From an uncultured Actinomycetes bacterium (lineage in GTDB: Bacteria; Actinomycetota; UBA4738; HRBIN12): 64,000 nucleotides of DNA. Both the position numbers and the translations under genes were made by a program. The notes beneath the pieces were generated by a model. It saw nothing but the letters and a program-made list of their open reading frames with translations. It did no database searches and was not told the DNA's origin. Below, one piece after another: positions 1-9,502 of this stretch (the stretch's first letter is position 1; each line of letters starts with the position of its first letter). The stretch lies in contig OY969934.1 in assembly GCA_963704725.1 (NCBI GenBank), forward strand, positions 960,001-1,024,000. Direction: 5' to 3'.

Positions 1-484
1 GCTCGAGGAAGACCGTCGTCTCGGCGACGTCCACGCCGAGCGGCGCGTCGGCCAGGCCCTCCTCCTTCAGGATCGATCGGATCTCCTCCGCGGCCCGCCG
101 CTGGAGTCCCACGACGGGAGCGATCGCCCCCTGCAGGCCGGTGTTCCCGCCGACCGAGTTGGACTCGTCGTACCACTGGGGGAGCTGCAGGCGGTGGGCC
201 TTCGCGGCGGAGCCGAAGTCCCAGATGCGCGGCGGACCGGTCGGCGTGATCAGCGCGTAGCGCTCGCCCTTGTTGAACGCCCAGTACCCGATGTGCGTGC
301 TGGTCGCGTACCGGATGTTGCTCGTCTCGAACAGGAGGACGGCCCCCAGCTCCGAGGCGGCGAGCTGCTCGCGCACCCTGCCGAGCCGGTAGTCGCGGAG
401 CCGGCCGAAGTCCACCCGGTTCTCCCAGTCCACCCCCTGGATGCCGGGGGAGGAGGTCGTCGCCACTGGGAATTCGCCCCTCAT
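1..484 (-). CDS. M24 family (Xaa-Pro) peptidase, N-terminal part; runs off the window
   Basis: Hand translation from ATG 484 after a GGAGGG-rich RBS: MRGEFPVATTSSPGIQGVDWENRVDFGRLRDYRLGRVREQLAASELGAVLLFETSNIRY..., resembling a creatinase/prolidase N-terminal domain. Confidence 0.7.
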   Translation of the reverse strand, partial: MRGEFPVATTSSPGIQGVDWENRVDFGRLRDYRLGRVREQLAASELGAVLLFETSNIRYATSTHIGYWAFNKGERYALITPTGPPRIWDFGSAAKAHRLQLPQWYDESNSVGGNTGLQGAIAPVVGLQRRAAEEIRSILKEEGLADAPLGVDVAETTVFLE

Positions 485-664
485 CCCTGTCCCTCCGCTC
501 CTCGTCGTTGGCCCTGCACCCTTCCGATGGGTGTTAAGGCTGGATGATACGCAAACACCGATCGCCGCCGCATCTCCGCGCTTCCAGGGACGCGGTGTTC
601 AGTGATGCTGTCGCCGCCGAACGTCGATCCGATCCCGTCGTGCAGTCTCACTGGTCCCTCCACA

Positions 665-3118
665 TCAGATACCCGGGAGCTTGAAGCCCGACTTGGCCAC
701 CACGAAGTCCCTCGACTCCGTGGCCGTCCGTCTCACCGCGGGCCAGTCCACGTGCAGCAGCTCGCCGTGACGTTTCATCACCCGACCCGCGATGAGCACG
801 GTGTCGACGTTTCCGGTGTCCATCCCGGTCACGACCGCGGTCGCCGGGTCGTTGAGAGGGGTGACGTTGATCCGATCGGTGCGCAACATGATGAGGTCGG
901 CCTGCTTGCCCGGCGTCAGCGTCCCCACCTTCGCGTCGAGGCCGTTCGCCCGGGCCCCTTCGATCGTGGCGCAGGCCAGGACCTCCCTCGTCGTGAGCGC
1001 CGGCTTGCCCTCGGCCGTCGCGGATGCCCGCTGCAGCGCCAGCACCGAGCGCATCTGATTGAACATGTCGCCCGGCACGTTGGTCTCGACGTCCACGCTG
1101 AGGCTGGGAAGGAGGCCTCGATCGAGGAACTTCTGGATCGGAGGCATCCCGTGTCCCATCATCATCTCCACCGGCGAGGCCAGCGAAACCGTGCCTCCCG
1201 TGTCGACGATCATCTGGATCTCGGTGTCGTTCAGCGTGGTGCAGTGGATGTAGGTGGTGTCCGGGCCGAGCAGCCCGGCCTCGCCCATCTCCTGGACCTT
1301 GCCATCCTGCCCGTAACTCCCCACGCCGACGTGGGTCGTGATCCGCGCTCCCGTCTCTCGAGCCAGCTTCCAGTGGTCCCTTGACACCTCGAAGTCCGTG
1401 AACTCGGGGCCCGGCGCGGCGAGGGCGAGCGTGAGCAGCTGGTCCGTCGTGGAGAAGTGCTCGGTGGCCGCCCGGACGAACCAGCTCGGCTGTCGCTCCT
1501 CCCACTTGCCCCACCACGGGAACCCGTAGGCGAACACCGCCCGCATGCCCGAGTCCCGGATGGCCTGGATCACCGCGTCCGTGTGGGCCGGCGAGCCCTG
1601 GATGTGCGACCAGTCGAGGAGGGTGGTGATCCCGGCGTCGATCGCGCCCAGCGCCGAGATCAGGTTGCCGATGTAGGCGTCCTCCGGTCGGAAGGCGGGT
1701 GCCAGCTTGTGCAACACGAACGAGATGTAGCTGGACCGCCCCTCCAGCGGAACGTCCGTGCCGATGTTGCGCAGGAGGCCCTCCCAGATGTGCCGATGGC
1801 TGTCGACGAAGCCCGGCATGACGATCATGCCCGTTGCGTCGATCACCTCGACCTCCCCGTTCGCCAGACCGGGGCCGACGGCGAGGATCCGGTCCCCTTC
1901 GATGAGCACGTCCCCGTTGGTGAAGTCGCCGAGCGCCGGGTCGAGCGTGAGGACCGTCCCTCCACGGACGAGCTTGCGCCCCGACGGCACCACGGTGAAG
2001 TCGGTCCCGGTCGGATACAGGACGGGGAGCTCGGCCGCCTTCGGCGGGCGGCTCCCGACCATGAGACGCCTCGCTCGCTTGTAGCTGCTCTTCACCAGTT
2101 CCTTGAGATCGCCGAGCTGGAACAGCGCGATCCCGATCAGGACGAGGATGCCGATGATCATCGGCCCGTCGTTGGGTGACAGACCGAGGTAGGGCAGGAC
2201 GGTGATGATGAGCGCGAGCAGGATCGCCGCCACCGTGCTGCCGAGGAACGTGGCCCGGCCACCCGCGAGAGACGCGCCCCCCAGGACGGCGGCGGTGATG
2301 CTGTTCAGCGCGAAGGTGGAGCCGATCTGGGGGTTGCCGATCGGGGATCGGGCCATGACGAAGAACGAGGCCACGGCCGCCAGCACCGCCGACAGAAGGA
2401 GGGCACGGACCCGGAGCCAGTTGGTGCCCACTCCGCCGCGTTTGGCCGACCTCTCGTCGAACCCCACCGCCCTCAGGCGGAGACCCGACCCGGAGGCGTG
2501 AAGCCAGACATCCGCCAGGACCGCCCCGGCGACGACGACGATGAAGGCCACGGGGATCGGCCCGATGCTCGTGGTGAGCACGGACACCAGGTCGGGGCTG
2601 ATGACCCCCTGGGCCGTCGGTCGCAGGGTGAGTGAGATCCCGTCCAGGATGCTCAACGTGGCCAAGGTGGCGATGATCGAGGGGATCTTGAGACCTCGGA
2701 TCAGGCCGGCGTTGACGAGGCCCAGGGCGGCGCCGCAGAGAAGGATCACGCCGATCCCGATCAGGATCCGGGAGATGGAGGCCTCGGCCCCGATCAGGAA
2801 GGAGGCGGTGACCACCCCGAGGCCGATCATGCCGCCGACGGAGAGATCGAGATAGCCGACGAGCAGTGCATGAGTCTGAGCGATCGCGGCGACGATCAAG
2901 GGGAGCGCCAGGATGAGGATCTGCTCCACGTTGGTGGCATTGACGAAGCCGGGGAATCGATGGTTCGTGTACCACAGCAACGTGGCGACCAGCAGGATCT
3001 GCAGCGCTACCGGCATCCACAGCCGGAACCTGACGATCTTGCGCCACTTGTTCTTGTCGCGAGCGTCGCGAAGGACCTTGCGGACGGCGCGTCGCGCTGC
3101 GTCGACGCGCTCGCTCAT
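665..3118 (-). CDS. Fusion of an RbsC-type ABC permease and a metal-dependent amidohydrolase
   Basis: ATG 3118 overlaps the ATPase stop (ATGA). TM region with DLSVG and ITAAVLGGASLAGG, then MPGFVDSHRH, TTHVG, YIHC, SLSVD and GKQADL. Confidence 0.85.
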   Translation of the reverse strand: MSERVDAARRAVRKVLRDARDKNKWRKIVRFRLWMPVALQILLVATLLWYTNHRFPGFVNATNVEQILILALPLIVAAIAQTHALLVGYLDLSVGGMIGLGVVTASFLIGAEASISRILIGIGVILLCGAALGLVNAGLIRGLKIPSIIATLATLSILDGISLTLRPTAQGVISPDLVSVLTTSIGPIPVAFIVVVAGAVLADVWLHASGSGLRLRAVGFDERSAKRGGVGTNWLRVRALLLSAVLAAVASFFVMARSPIGNPQIGSTFALNSITAAVLGGASLAGGRATFLGSTVAAILLALIITVLPYLGLSPNDGPMIIGILVLIGIALFQLGDLKELVKSSYKRARRLMVGSRPPKAAELPVLYPTGTDFTVVPSGRKLVRGGTVLTLDPALGDFTNGDVLIEGDRILAVGPGLANGEVEVIDATGMIVMPGFVDSHRHIWEGLLRNIGTDVPLEGRSSYISFVLHKLAPAFRPEDAYIGNLISALGAIDAGITTLLDWSHIQGSPAHTDAVIQAIRDSGMRAVFAYGFPWWGKWEERQPSWFVRAATEHFSTTDQLLTLALAAPGPEFTDFEVSRDHWKLARETGARITTHVGVGSYGQDGKVQEMGEAGLLGPDTTYIHCTTLNDTEIQMIVDTGGTVSLASPVEMMMGHGMPPIQKFLDRGLLPSLSVDVETNVPGDMFNQMRSVLALQRASATAEGKPALTTREVLACATIEGARANGLDAKVGTLTPGKQADLIMLRTDRINVTPLNDPATAVVTGMDTGNVDTVLIAGRVMKRHGELLHVDWPAVRRTATESRDFVVAKSGFKLPGI

Positions 3119-4710
3119 AGCCCTCCGTTCGGCGAGGGCGCCTTCGGCATCGCGATCCCCAGGGGCGACCGCCCCGCCTTGGACAGTCCGGGCCCTCGCA
3201 CCATCGCCTCGACGATGCGGAGCTCGTCGAGCTCGTCGCCGGGTATCTCCTCGATGATCTGGCCTCGGGACATGACGAGCACCCGATCGCACAGCCCGGA
3301 GAGCTCGAGGGGGTCGCTCGACTTGACGAGGATCGCCGAACCGTTGTCGGTGCGGGTGCGCAGGGCCTTGTAGATGTCGAAGCGGGAGCCGACGTCGACG
3401 CCCTGCGTCGGCTCGTAGGCGAGGATCACCGACGGCTCCTTGAGGAAGGTGCGGGAAACCGAGACCTTCTGCTGGTTGCCCCCGGAGAGGAACTCGACCG
3501 GTTGCTCGAGGGACGGTGTCCGGATCTCCAGCCGCTCGACGAGGTCGGCGACGGCGCGTCGCTCCGCCCGTCTCCTCAGCAGGCCGAGCACCGAGAACCG
3601 GCGTAACGATTGTATGGTGGTGTTCGCCTTGACGCCGAGCACGGGCATCAGCGCCTCGCGCTTGCGGTCGCCGGGCAGCAACATGACCCCTGCTCTCACG
3701 GCTTCATGCGTCGAGACCAGCGACAGCTCCTTGCCGTCGCAGACGACCCGTCCCGCCTTGGGCGGCTGGCGGCCCGCCAGACAGTCGAAGAGCTGGGGCT
3801 GACCGTTGCCCTCGGCGCCGGCGATCCCCACGATCTCCCCGGTCTCGAGCGTGAAGCTGACCGGCCCGAACGACTGTCCCTGGAGGCCGTCCACCACGAG
3901 CACGTCGCCGGGCTCACCCACCGCCGGGGCAGGCGGCGGAAAGGCAGCCTCGAAGGGGCGGCCGACGATGAGCTCGACGAGCTCCGGCTCGGTCGTCGCC
4001 TTCGCGTCGAACGTGCCCCGGTTCCTGCCGTCGCGAAGGACCGTGATGCGGTCGGCGATCTCGAGAACCTCCGGCAGGCGATGGCTCACGTACACCACGC
4101 CGACGCCCCGGCGCTTGCAGGCGACGACGGTCCGGTGCAGGGCCTCCACCTCGTCCGGTCCCAGGGCCGTGGTCGGTTCGTCGAGCAGCAGCACCTTCGG
4201 ATCGGTGACGAGCGCCTTGGCCACCTCGAAGAGCTGGCGGTCGGCCAGGGAGAGGAAGCCCGCCGGGGCGTCGGGGAACAGCTCGAGGTCGAGATCGAAC
4301 TCGGCCAGCAGCTTCCTCGCCCACCGCTTCCTCTGCCAGAACGGTGGTCGCAGGTCCTCCGGGGCCGCCAGGAAGAGGTTGTTCTTCACGGGCTCGGCAA
4401 GGATCAGCGACGTGTCCTGGTACGCCATCGCCAGGCCGAGCTTCCTGGCCAGGGCCGGGGAATCTCGGCGAAGGGGTTCGCCCCCGATCTGGACCGTGCC
4501 CAGATCGGGGTCGACGAACCCACTGGCGATCCCGAGGAGCGTCGACTTGCCCGACCCGTTCTCGCCGACGACGGCGTGAACCTCACCGGCACGGCAGTCG
4601 AAGCTGACATCGGTCAGCGCTCGAACCGCCCCGAACTGCCGGGAGACGCCGCGCAGCTCGAGGACCAGGCCGCCGGGGGCCGACGCTCCTGCGGGATCGC
4701 TCCCATTCAT
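3115..4710 (-). CDS. Sugar-type ABC transporter ATP-binding protein (two NBDs, RbsA-like)
   Basis: GENGSGKS, LLLDEPT, LSGGNQQK. Confidence 0.92.
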   Translation of the reverse strand: MNGSDPAGASAPGGLVLELRGVSRQFGAVRALTDVSFDCRAGEVHAVVGENGSGKSTLLGIASGFVDPDLGTVQIGGEPLRRDSPALARKLGLAMAYQDTSLILAEPVKNNLFLAAPEDLRPPFWQRKRWARKLLAEFDLDLELFPDAPAGFLSLADRQLFEVAKALVTDPKVLLLDEPTTALGPDEVEALHRTVVACKRRGVGVVYVSHRLPEVLEIADRITVLRDGRNRGTFDAKATTEPELVELIVGRPFEAAFPPPAPAVGEPGDVLVVDGLQGQSFGPVSFTLETGEIVGIAGAEGNGQPQLFDCLAGRQPPKAGRVVCDGKELSLVSTHEAVRAGVMLLPGDRKREALMPVLGVKANTTIQSLRRFSVLGLLRRRAERRAVADLVERLEIRTPSLEQPVEFLSGGNQQKVSVSRTFLKEPSVILAYEPTQGVDVGSRFDIYKALRTRTDNGSAILVKSSDPLELSGLCDRVLVMSRGQIIEEIPGDELDELRIVEAMVRGPGLSKAGRSPLGIAMPKAPSPNGGL

Positions 4711-4720
4711 CTCCGACTCA

Positions 4721-6091
4721 TCACTGCGCGAACATCAGCTGCAGGACCGAGTCCGGCACGAGCGACGTGCCGGAAACGGCCGGGGCGACACGATCCGGGT
4801 TGCAGTCGGCGGTCGTCACCTGTCGCATCACGTGGGGAACGATGACTTCCGGCGGGATGGTGGCTCCCTTGAGCGACATCATCGCCGCCGTGACGCCGAT
4901 CCGCGACTGGAAGTTGCCGCCGGCCGAGTACCAGATGTTGTAGGTGGGCTCGTTCCGGTCCGCCCAGTCGCAGAACAGACTCTGCTCGTCGGTGCGCAAC
5001 GCGACGGTGAGGTTCTTGACCGGGATACCCAGGTCCTCGTACGTCTGCAGGCCGATGTACATCCCGTCGGCGTACTCGTACGCCCAGCCCTTGATCCCGG
5101 GGTTGGTCGTCAGCAACCCCTGATAGACGGCGGGGATCGCCGGGGGGTACCAACTGGTGTCACCGGTCGTGCTGTCCTGGTTGGCCGGTGGGTCGACCAG
5201 GTCGATCCCGCCCGCGAGGGACGAGATGGTGCACCGTTGCCAGCCGAGGGACAGGGCGTTGCCCGGGGTCCCGCCGAGGATCGCCACCTCGCCGGTGCCC
5301 ACGCCCTGGTTCAGGACGTCCGCGAAGCTCTGGCCGAGCGCGCACAGGTCCTCGCCGACCACCGACAGGTAATCCTCACCCGGAACGAGGGCTCCTTCTT
5401 GATCGGGAAGGCCGACCCACCCTGCCGAGAACGAGACGTACGGGATCCCCGCATCGTCGGCTTCCTTGATCGCGTCGGCGATGGCCACGCCCATGTCGGG
5501 ATAGCCGACGATGAAGTCGACCCCGCGCTGGATCAGGAACCGGATGTCGTTGGCGTGGACGGCGGGATCGGGGTTGAAGTCGGCCGCGGTGGAGACGATG
5601 GTGCCGATCTCCGGGTAGGTGAGCGCCTGGAGGATGGCCTCCATGTGGCTCACGGCGCGCCACACGTTCACCGTGTCCCCGCCGCCGTCGGCGTACCCCA
5701 TGACCACGTCGCCGCCGGTACCGGTGTCACACTCCTGCTTGCTCCAGCACTCCATCGCCTTGTCGATCATGGCTTGGTCGGGATCCTGGGTTGCCCGCGC
5801 GATGGACGCCAGGATGATGTTCCAGCTCGCCTCGTCCGAGGGGTCCACGGGACCCAGGGCCTTCGCGATCAACGCCGGGTCGGCGTCGGTGCTCTCCCCG
5901 TACTGCGAGAGCGCCCCCGTGGCACCGGTGGCTCCGCCCTCGGTGGTTCCCGTGGCGGTCCCGGTGGTTCCCGTCGTGGTCCCGGTCGTCCCGGTCGTGG
6001 TCGTCTCGCCGCCGTCACCGCCGCATGCCACCCCGATCAGCGCCAGCACGGCGACGAGGGCGACTGGGGCGACGATCTTGATCCGCTGCAT
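4721..6091 (-). CDS. ABC transporter substrate-binding lipoprotein
   Basis: Lipobox GVAC, Thr/Gly-rich linker, periplasmic-binding-protein-like body, operon context. Confidence 0.8.
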   Translation of the reverse strand: MQRIKIVAPVALVAVLALIGVACGGDGGETTTTGTTGTTTGTTGTATGTTEGGATGATGALSQYGESTDADPALIAKALGPVDPSDEASWNIILASIARATQDPDQAMIDKAMECWSKQECDTGTGGDVVMGYADGGGDTVNVWRAVSHMEAILQALTYPEIGTIVSTAADFNPDPAVHANDIRFLIQRGVDFIVGYPDMGVAIADAIKEADDAGIPYVSFSAGWVGLPDQEGALVPGEDYLSVVGEDLCALGQSFADVLNQGVGTGEVAILGGTPGNALSLGWQRCTISSLAGGIDLVDPPANQDSTTGDTSWYPPAIPAVYQGLLTTNPGIKGWAYEYADGMYIGLQTYEDLGIPVKNLTVALRTDEQSLFCDWADRNEPTYNIWYSAGGNFQSRIGVTAAMMSLKGATIPPEVIVPHVMRQVTTADCNPDRVAPAVSGTSLVPDSVLQLMFAQ

Positions 6092-6171
6092 GTTCCTCCT
6101 CCCTGTCCTCGTCCCTCATGTCCCGGATCGACGGATCCGTCACATAGGCGCCTCCTCCTTCACCCTGTCCG

Positions 6172-7212
6172 TCATCCGGAACCCGGGACGGTCCGAGTCG
6201 GCGAGCCCTCCGGGCGTCTCCGCTCCCGCAGCAACCGCTCGACGCCGCGGATGATCCGATCGCCCGACACGAGCATGCCGCCGATGATGACGAGACCGAA
6301 CACCACGAACTGGAGCGAGGTGGGCAGCCCCATCGTTCGCAGCATCTGGTTGAGACCCGTGAGGAACAGTGCGGCGACGAAGGTGGACAACGGGCTGGCC
6401 AGACCTCCGGTCAGGGCGGCGCCGCCGATCACCACGGCCGCGATCGGGCCGAGGAGGTACTGCGTGCCGACGGCGACTCCCGGGGTGCGGAGAAGCCCCG
6501 CAAGCGCCACGCCCGCGATGGCGTAGGAGACCGCGGCCGCTACGTAGACCAGGATCTGGTCCAGGTGCACCTGCACACCGACGACGTGCGAGGCCACGGG
6601 GTTGGCGCCCACACCCTGGAATCTGCGACCGACCGTCGTGTAGCGAAGGCCGACGACCAGGACCAGGGTGAGCCCGAGCCCGATCCAGAAGACCGGGCTG
6701 ACACCGAGGATGCGGGTCGAGGCCCACGTGGACAGTTCCTTCGGCACCGGGCTCTGGACCGGAAACGTGCTTCCGTAGCGATTCACCACGCCGACCACGA
6801 TCAACCCCACCGCGAGCGTGACGATGAGTGCGTTGAGCTTGAGCCCACCGATCAGGATCCCGTTTGCGAGCCCGACGAGCGCGGCGGCGCCGATCGCGGT
6901 GGCGACGGCGATCCAGATCTTCTCGTTCGCTCCGTCGCCGACGCCGACCATGATCACCGCTGCCAGGCTCATGGTCCCGGGGACGCTGAGGTCGATCCCT
7001 CCGGTCATGATCACCAACATCTGGCCGAGGGCGGCGATCCCCAGGACGGCTCCGTAGGGCGCGATGGCGCGCAGGGCGACACTGCTCAGCGTCGCCGGGG
7101 CCCAGATGGACGCCACGATGATGAGCAGGAGCATCGCGAGGTACACCGGCAGGTATCGAGAGCCGACGACGAACGCGGTGACCGCCGCGGACGGGGCCTT
7201 CGTCGTCCTCAC
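6172..7212 (-). CDS. Sugar-type ABC transporter permease
   Basis: GGIDLSV and IAAVVIGGAALTGG; GTG 7212 overlaps the upstream TGA (GTGA). Confidence 0.9.
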   Translation of the reverse strand: MRTTKAPSAAVTAFVVGSRYLPVYLAMLLLIIVASIWAPATLSSVALRAIAPYGAVLGIAALGQMLVIMTGGIDLSVPGTMSLAAVIMVGVGDGANEKIWIAVATAIGAAALVGLANGILIGGLKLNALIVTLAVGLIVVGVVNRYGSTFPVQSPVPKELSTWASTRILGVSPVFWIGLGLTLVLVVGLRYTTVGRRFQGVGANPVASHVVGVQVHLDQILVYVAAAVSYAIAGVALAGLLRTPGVAVGTQYLLGPIAAVVIGGAALTGGLASPLSTFVAALFLTGLNQMLRTMGLPTSLQFVVFGLVIIGGMLVSGDRIIRGVERLLRERRRPEGSPTRTVPGSG

Positions 7213-8543
7213 CGGTCGACCCTCGGTGCCACGGGGACGGCGAGCCCGGCGGCGGCGGCGACATGGTGTTGGGCCGTCGTCGCCAGCGTACGGGCCTGCT
7301 CCACGTCTGCCTCGAGGGCGCCCCCCCGCATCAGGGGTTTGCCGGTGACGAAGACCCAGTCGACGTTCGAGGTGTCCATGCCCCACACCACCGCGCCGAT
7401 CGGGTCGTTGATCGGGAAGACGTTGGGGCGGTCGGTCCGAAGCATGATGATGTCGGCTTGCCTGCCGGGCTCGAGGGATCCGGTCACGCCACCCGATCCC
7501 GCGACGCGGGCCCCGTCGACGGTGGCGGAGCGGATCACGTCGCGCGTGCTCATCAGTCGCGGAAGACCGGCCTTCCCCGCCAGCTTCCGATCGAAGACCG
7601 TCGCGTGCTGCAACGAGATCGTCGCGCGCATCTGGGCGAACAGGTCACCCGGGGTCACCCGCTCGTCGCCAACGCCCAGACCCGGCCGGATGCCGCGGTC
7701 GATCAGCCCCTGGATCGGAGGTGACCCGAAACCGCCCGCCATCTCGCTCGAGGGCGCCAGCGAGACCGAGACCCCGGATGCCGCGATGGCGTCGAGGTCC
7801 GCGTCCCCGAGCTCGGAGCAGTGGACGACCGTCACGTCGGCACCCAGGAGCCCTCGCTCCGCCAGGCGGGAGATCGCGCCGCGCCCCGACGGCTCCGACC
7901 CGGTGTGGGCGTGGATGGATAGGCTCAGCTCCCGGGCCAGTGCCCAGTCTGCCGCGACGCGGTCGAGATCGTTGGGCGCGAGCTCACCGGAGCCGAGAGC
8001 GATGGTGGTCGACGCTCCGGCTGCGTCGGTGAGCCCGTTGACGACCTGTCGAGTGGTGCCGGACTCATGTCCCGGCGCTCGATGTCGGGCGGGGTGGACG
8101 AACACGGTTCGAAGCCCGGCGTCGGCATGAGCCTGGAGAGCGGCCTCCGCGAGACCGTCGCCGGGTGGCAGGTCCGACCAATCGACGACCGTGGTGATCC
8201 CCGACTCCAGCGCGCCCAACAGGCCGATCAGCGTGGCGGCGTAGACGTCCTCGGGCCGGAAGTGATAGCCCAAGTCCGCCTCGGGCCCCGAGACCTCCCC
8301 GCTCGAGGCGTCCGCACCCAGGTTCCGGAACAACGACGTCCAGGCATGACGGTGGGTGTCGACGAAGCCCGGCATCACGATGGTGTCGGTGGCATCCACC
8401 AGCTCGGCGTCGCGGGCACGGAGCCCGGGGCCGATCTCGGCCACCCTGCCGTCGTCGATGAGGAGGTCGGCCTGTGAGAAGTTCGGCGTCTTCGCCCCAA
8501 GGGTGAGTACGCACCCGCCGCGGAGCAGGGTCCTCGAGCTCAC
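7209..8543 (-). CDS. Amidohydrolase family protein, paralogue of the fused domain
   Basis: LLRGGCVLT, MPGFVDTHRH, GSLEPGRQAD; start inferred at GTG 8543. Confidence 0.85.
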   Translation of the reverse strand: MSSRTLLRGGCVLTLGAKTPNFSQADLLIDDGRVAEIGPGLRARDAELVDATDTIVMPGFVDTHRHAWTSLFRNLGADASSGEVSGPEADLGYHFRPEDVYAATLIGLLGALESGITTVVDWSDLPPGDGLAEAALQAHADAGLRTVFVHPARHRAPGHESGTTRQVVNGLTDAAGASTTIALGSGELAPNDLDRVAADWALARELSLSIHAHTGSEPSGRGAISRLAERGLLGADVTVVHCSELGDADLDAIAASGVSVSLAPSSEMAGGFGSPPIQGLIDRGIRPGLGVGDERVTPGDLFAQMRATISLQHATVFDRKLAGKAGLPRLMSTRDVIRSATVDGARVAGSGGVTGSLEPGRQADIIMLRTDRPNVFPINDPIGAVVWGMDTSNVDWVFVTGKPLMRGGALEADVEQARTLATTAQHHVAAAAGLAVPVAPRVDR

Positions 8544-8881
8544 CGGGTTCCCCAAGGCTCGGCCGTCCCGGCCGAGATCACTCGCTCCGGACGGCCAACC
8601 CCGATCACTCCCACTCGCCCATGCCCCCTCACCGTCCAGGGACACTACACATCCGGCAACGACTGCGCCAGGGGGGTATGCGCCACGGGGTTGTGCTCGT
8701 GCACGCCTCGCGATCGGACGCTTCGGACGGCCCCCGATCAACGATGCTGCACACGCGTCCCCCGCATCTAGTAGTCTCGCTGTGCTGTCGGACGCAGGAG
8801 CGGAGGGAGATGCCCGACGAGGTCGCCCGGGTCCTCGGGCCGTCGCCTGCACCGATCCGAGGCCCGGCGTGAGGACCCGAC

Positions 8882-9493
8882 GTGGCGGGTGAGCTCGGGG
8901 ACATCGGGCCGCGGCTGCGCGAGGAGCGCGAGCGGGTCCGCATCAGCCAGCGGGAGCTGGCGCGTCGGCTCGGCGTCTCGGCGAGCCTGATCTCACAGAT
9001 CGAGTCCGGCCAATCCAAGCCCTCGGTGAGCACGCTCTACGCGATCGTCACCGAGCTCGGCGTTTCGCTCGACGACGTCTTCCGGATGCACGAGCACGTG
9101 GCGTCCGTCGCGGCCGCGGTCGGGGCGGAGGAGGCCGAGCCGGAGATCGGGGCGACCCCCGTCGTGGGACCGACCGAGCGCCACGTCGTCGAGCTCGCGT
9201 CCGGGGTCCGCTGGGAGCGTCTCACGAGCCACCAGCACGAGGACGTCGATTTCCTCCACGTGACGTACGACGTCGGCGGTTCCTCCGCCGCGGACGACCG
9301 GCTCATGCGGCACCCGGGCCGTGAATACGGGTTCGTCATCTCCGGCTCGTTGGGGGTTCAGCTCGGATTCGAGCGGTACGAGCTCGAGGCCGGGGACTCG
9401 ATCGCGTTCGATTCCACGGTGCCGCATCGGCTGTGGAACCTCGGCCCGGTCCCGGTCCACGGCATCTGGTTCGTCGTCGGCCGCGAGGGATAG
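8882..9493 (+). CDS. XRE-family HTH plus cupin transcriptional regulator
   Basis: ISQRELARRLGVSASLISQIESGQSKPS; C-terminal cupin (HPGREYG...FDSTVPH); divergent from the ABC operon. Confidence 0.9.
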   Translation: MAGELGDIGPRLREERERVRISQRELARRLGVSASLISQIESGQSKPSVSTLYAIVTELGVSLDDVFRMHEHVASVAAAVGAEEAEPEIGATPVVGPTERHVVELASGVRWERLTSHQHEDVDFLHVTYDVGGSSAADDRLMRHPGREYGFVISGSLGVQLGFERYELEAGDSIAFDSTVPHRLWNLGPVPVHGIWFVVGREG

Positions 9494-9502
9494 CGCCGCG
9501 GC

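Noticed and set aside
3400-3430. Degenerate Walker B (ILAYEPTQG) in the second NBD of the ABC ATPase
   Set aside because: One degenerate site is normal in RbsA-type tandem ATPases
5920-6010. Tandem ccggtggt/ccggtcgt-like repeats
   Set aside because: Encode the Thr/Gly linker of the binding lipoprotein
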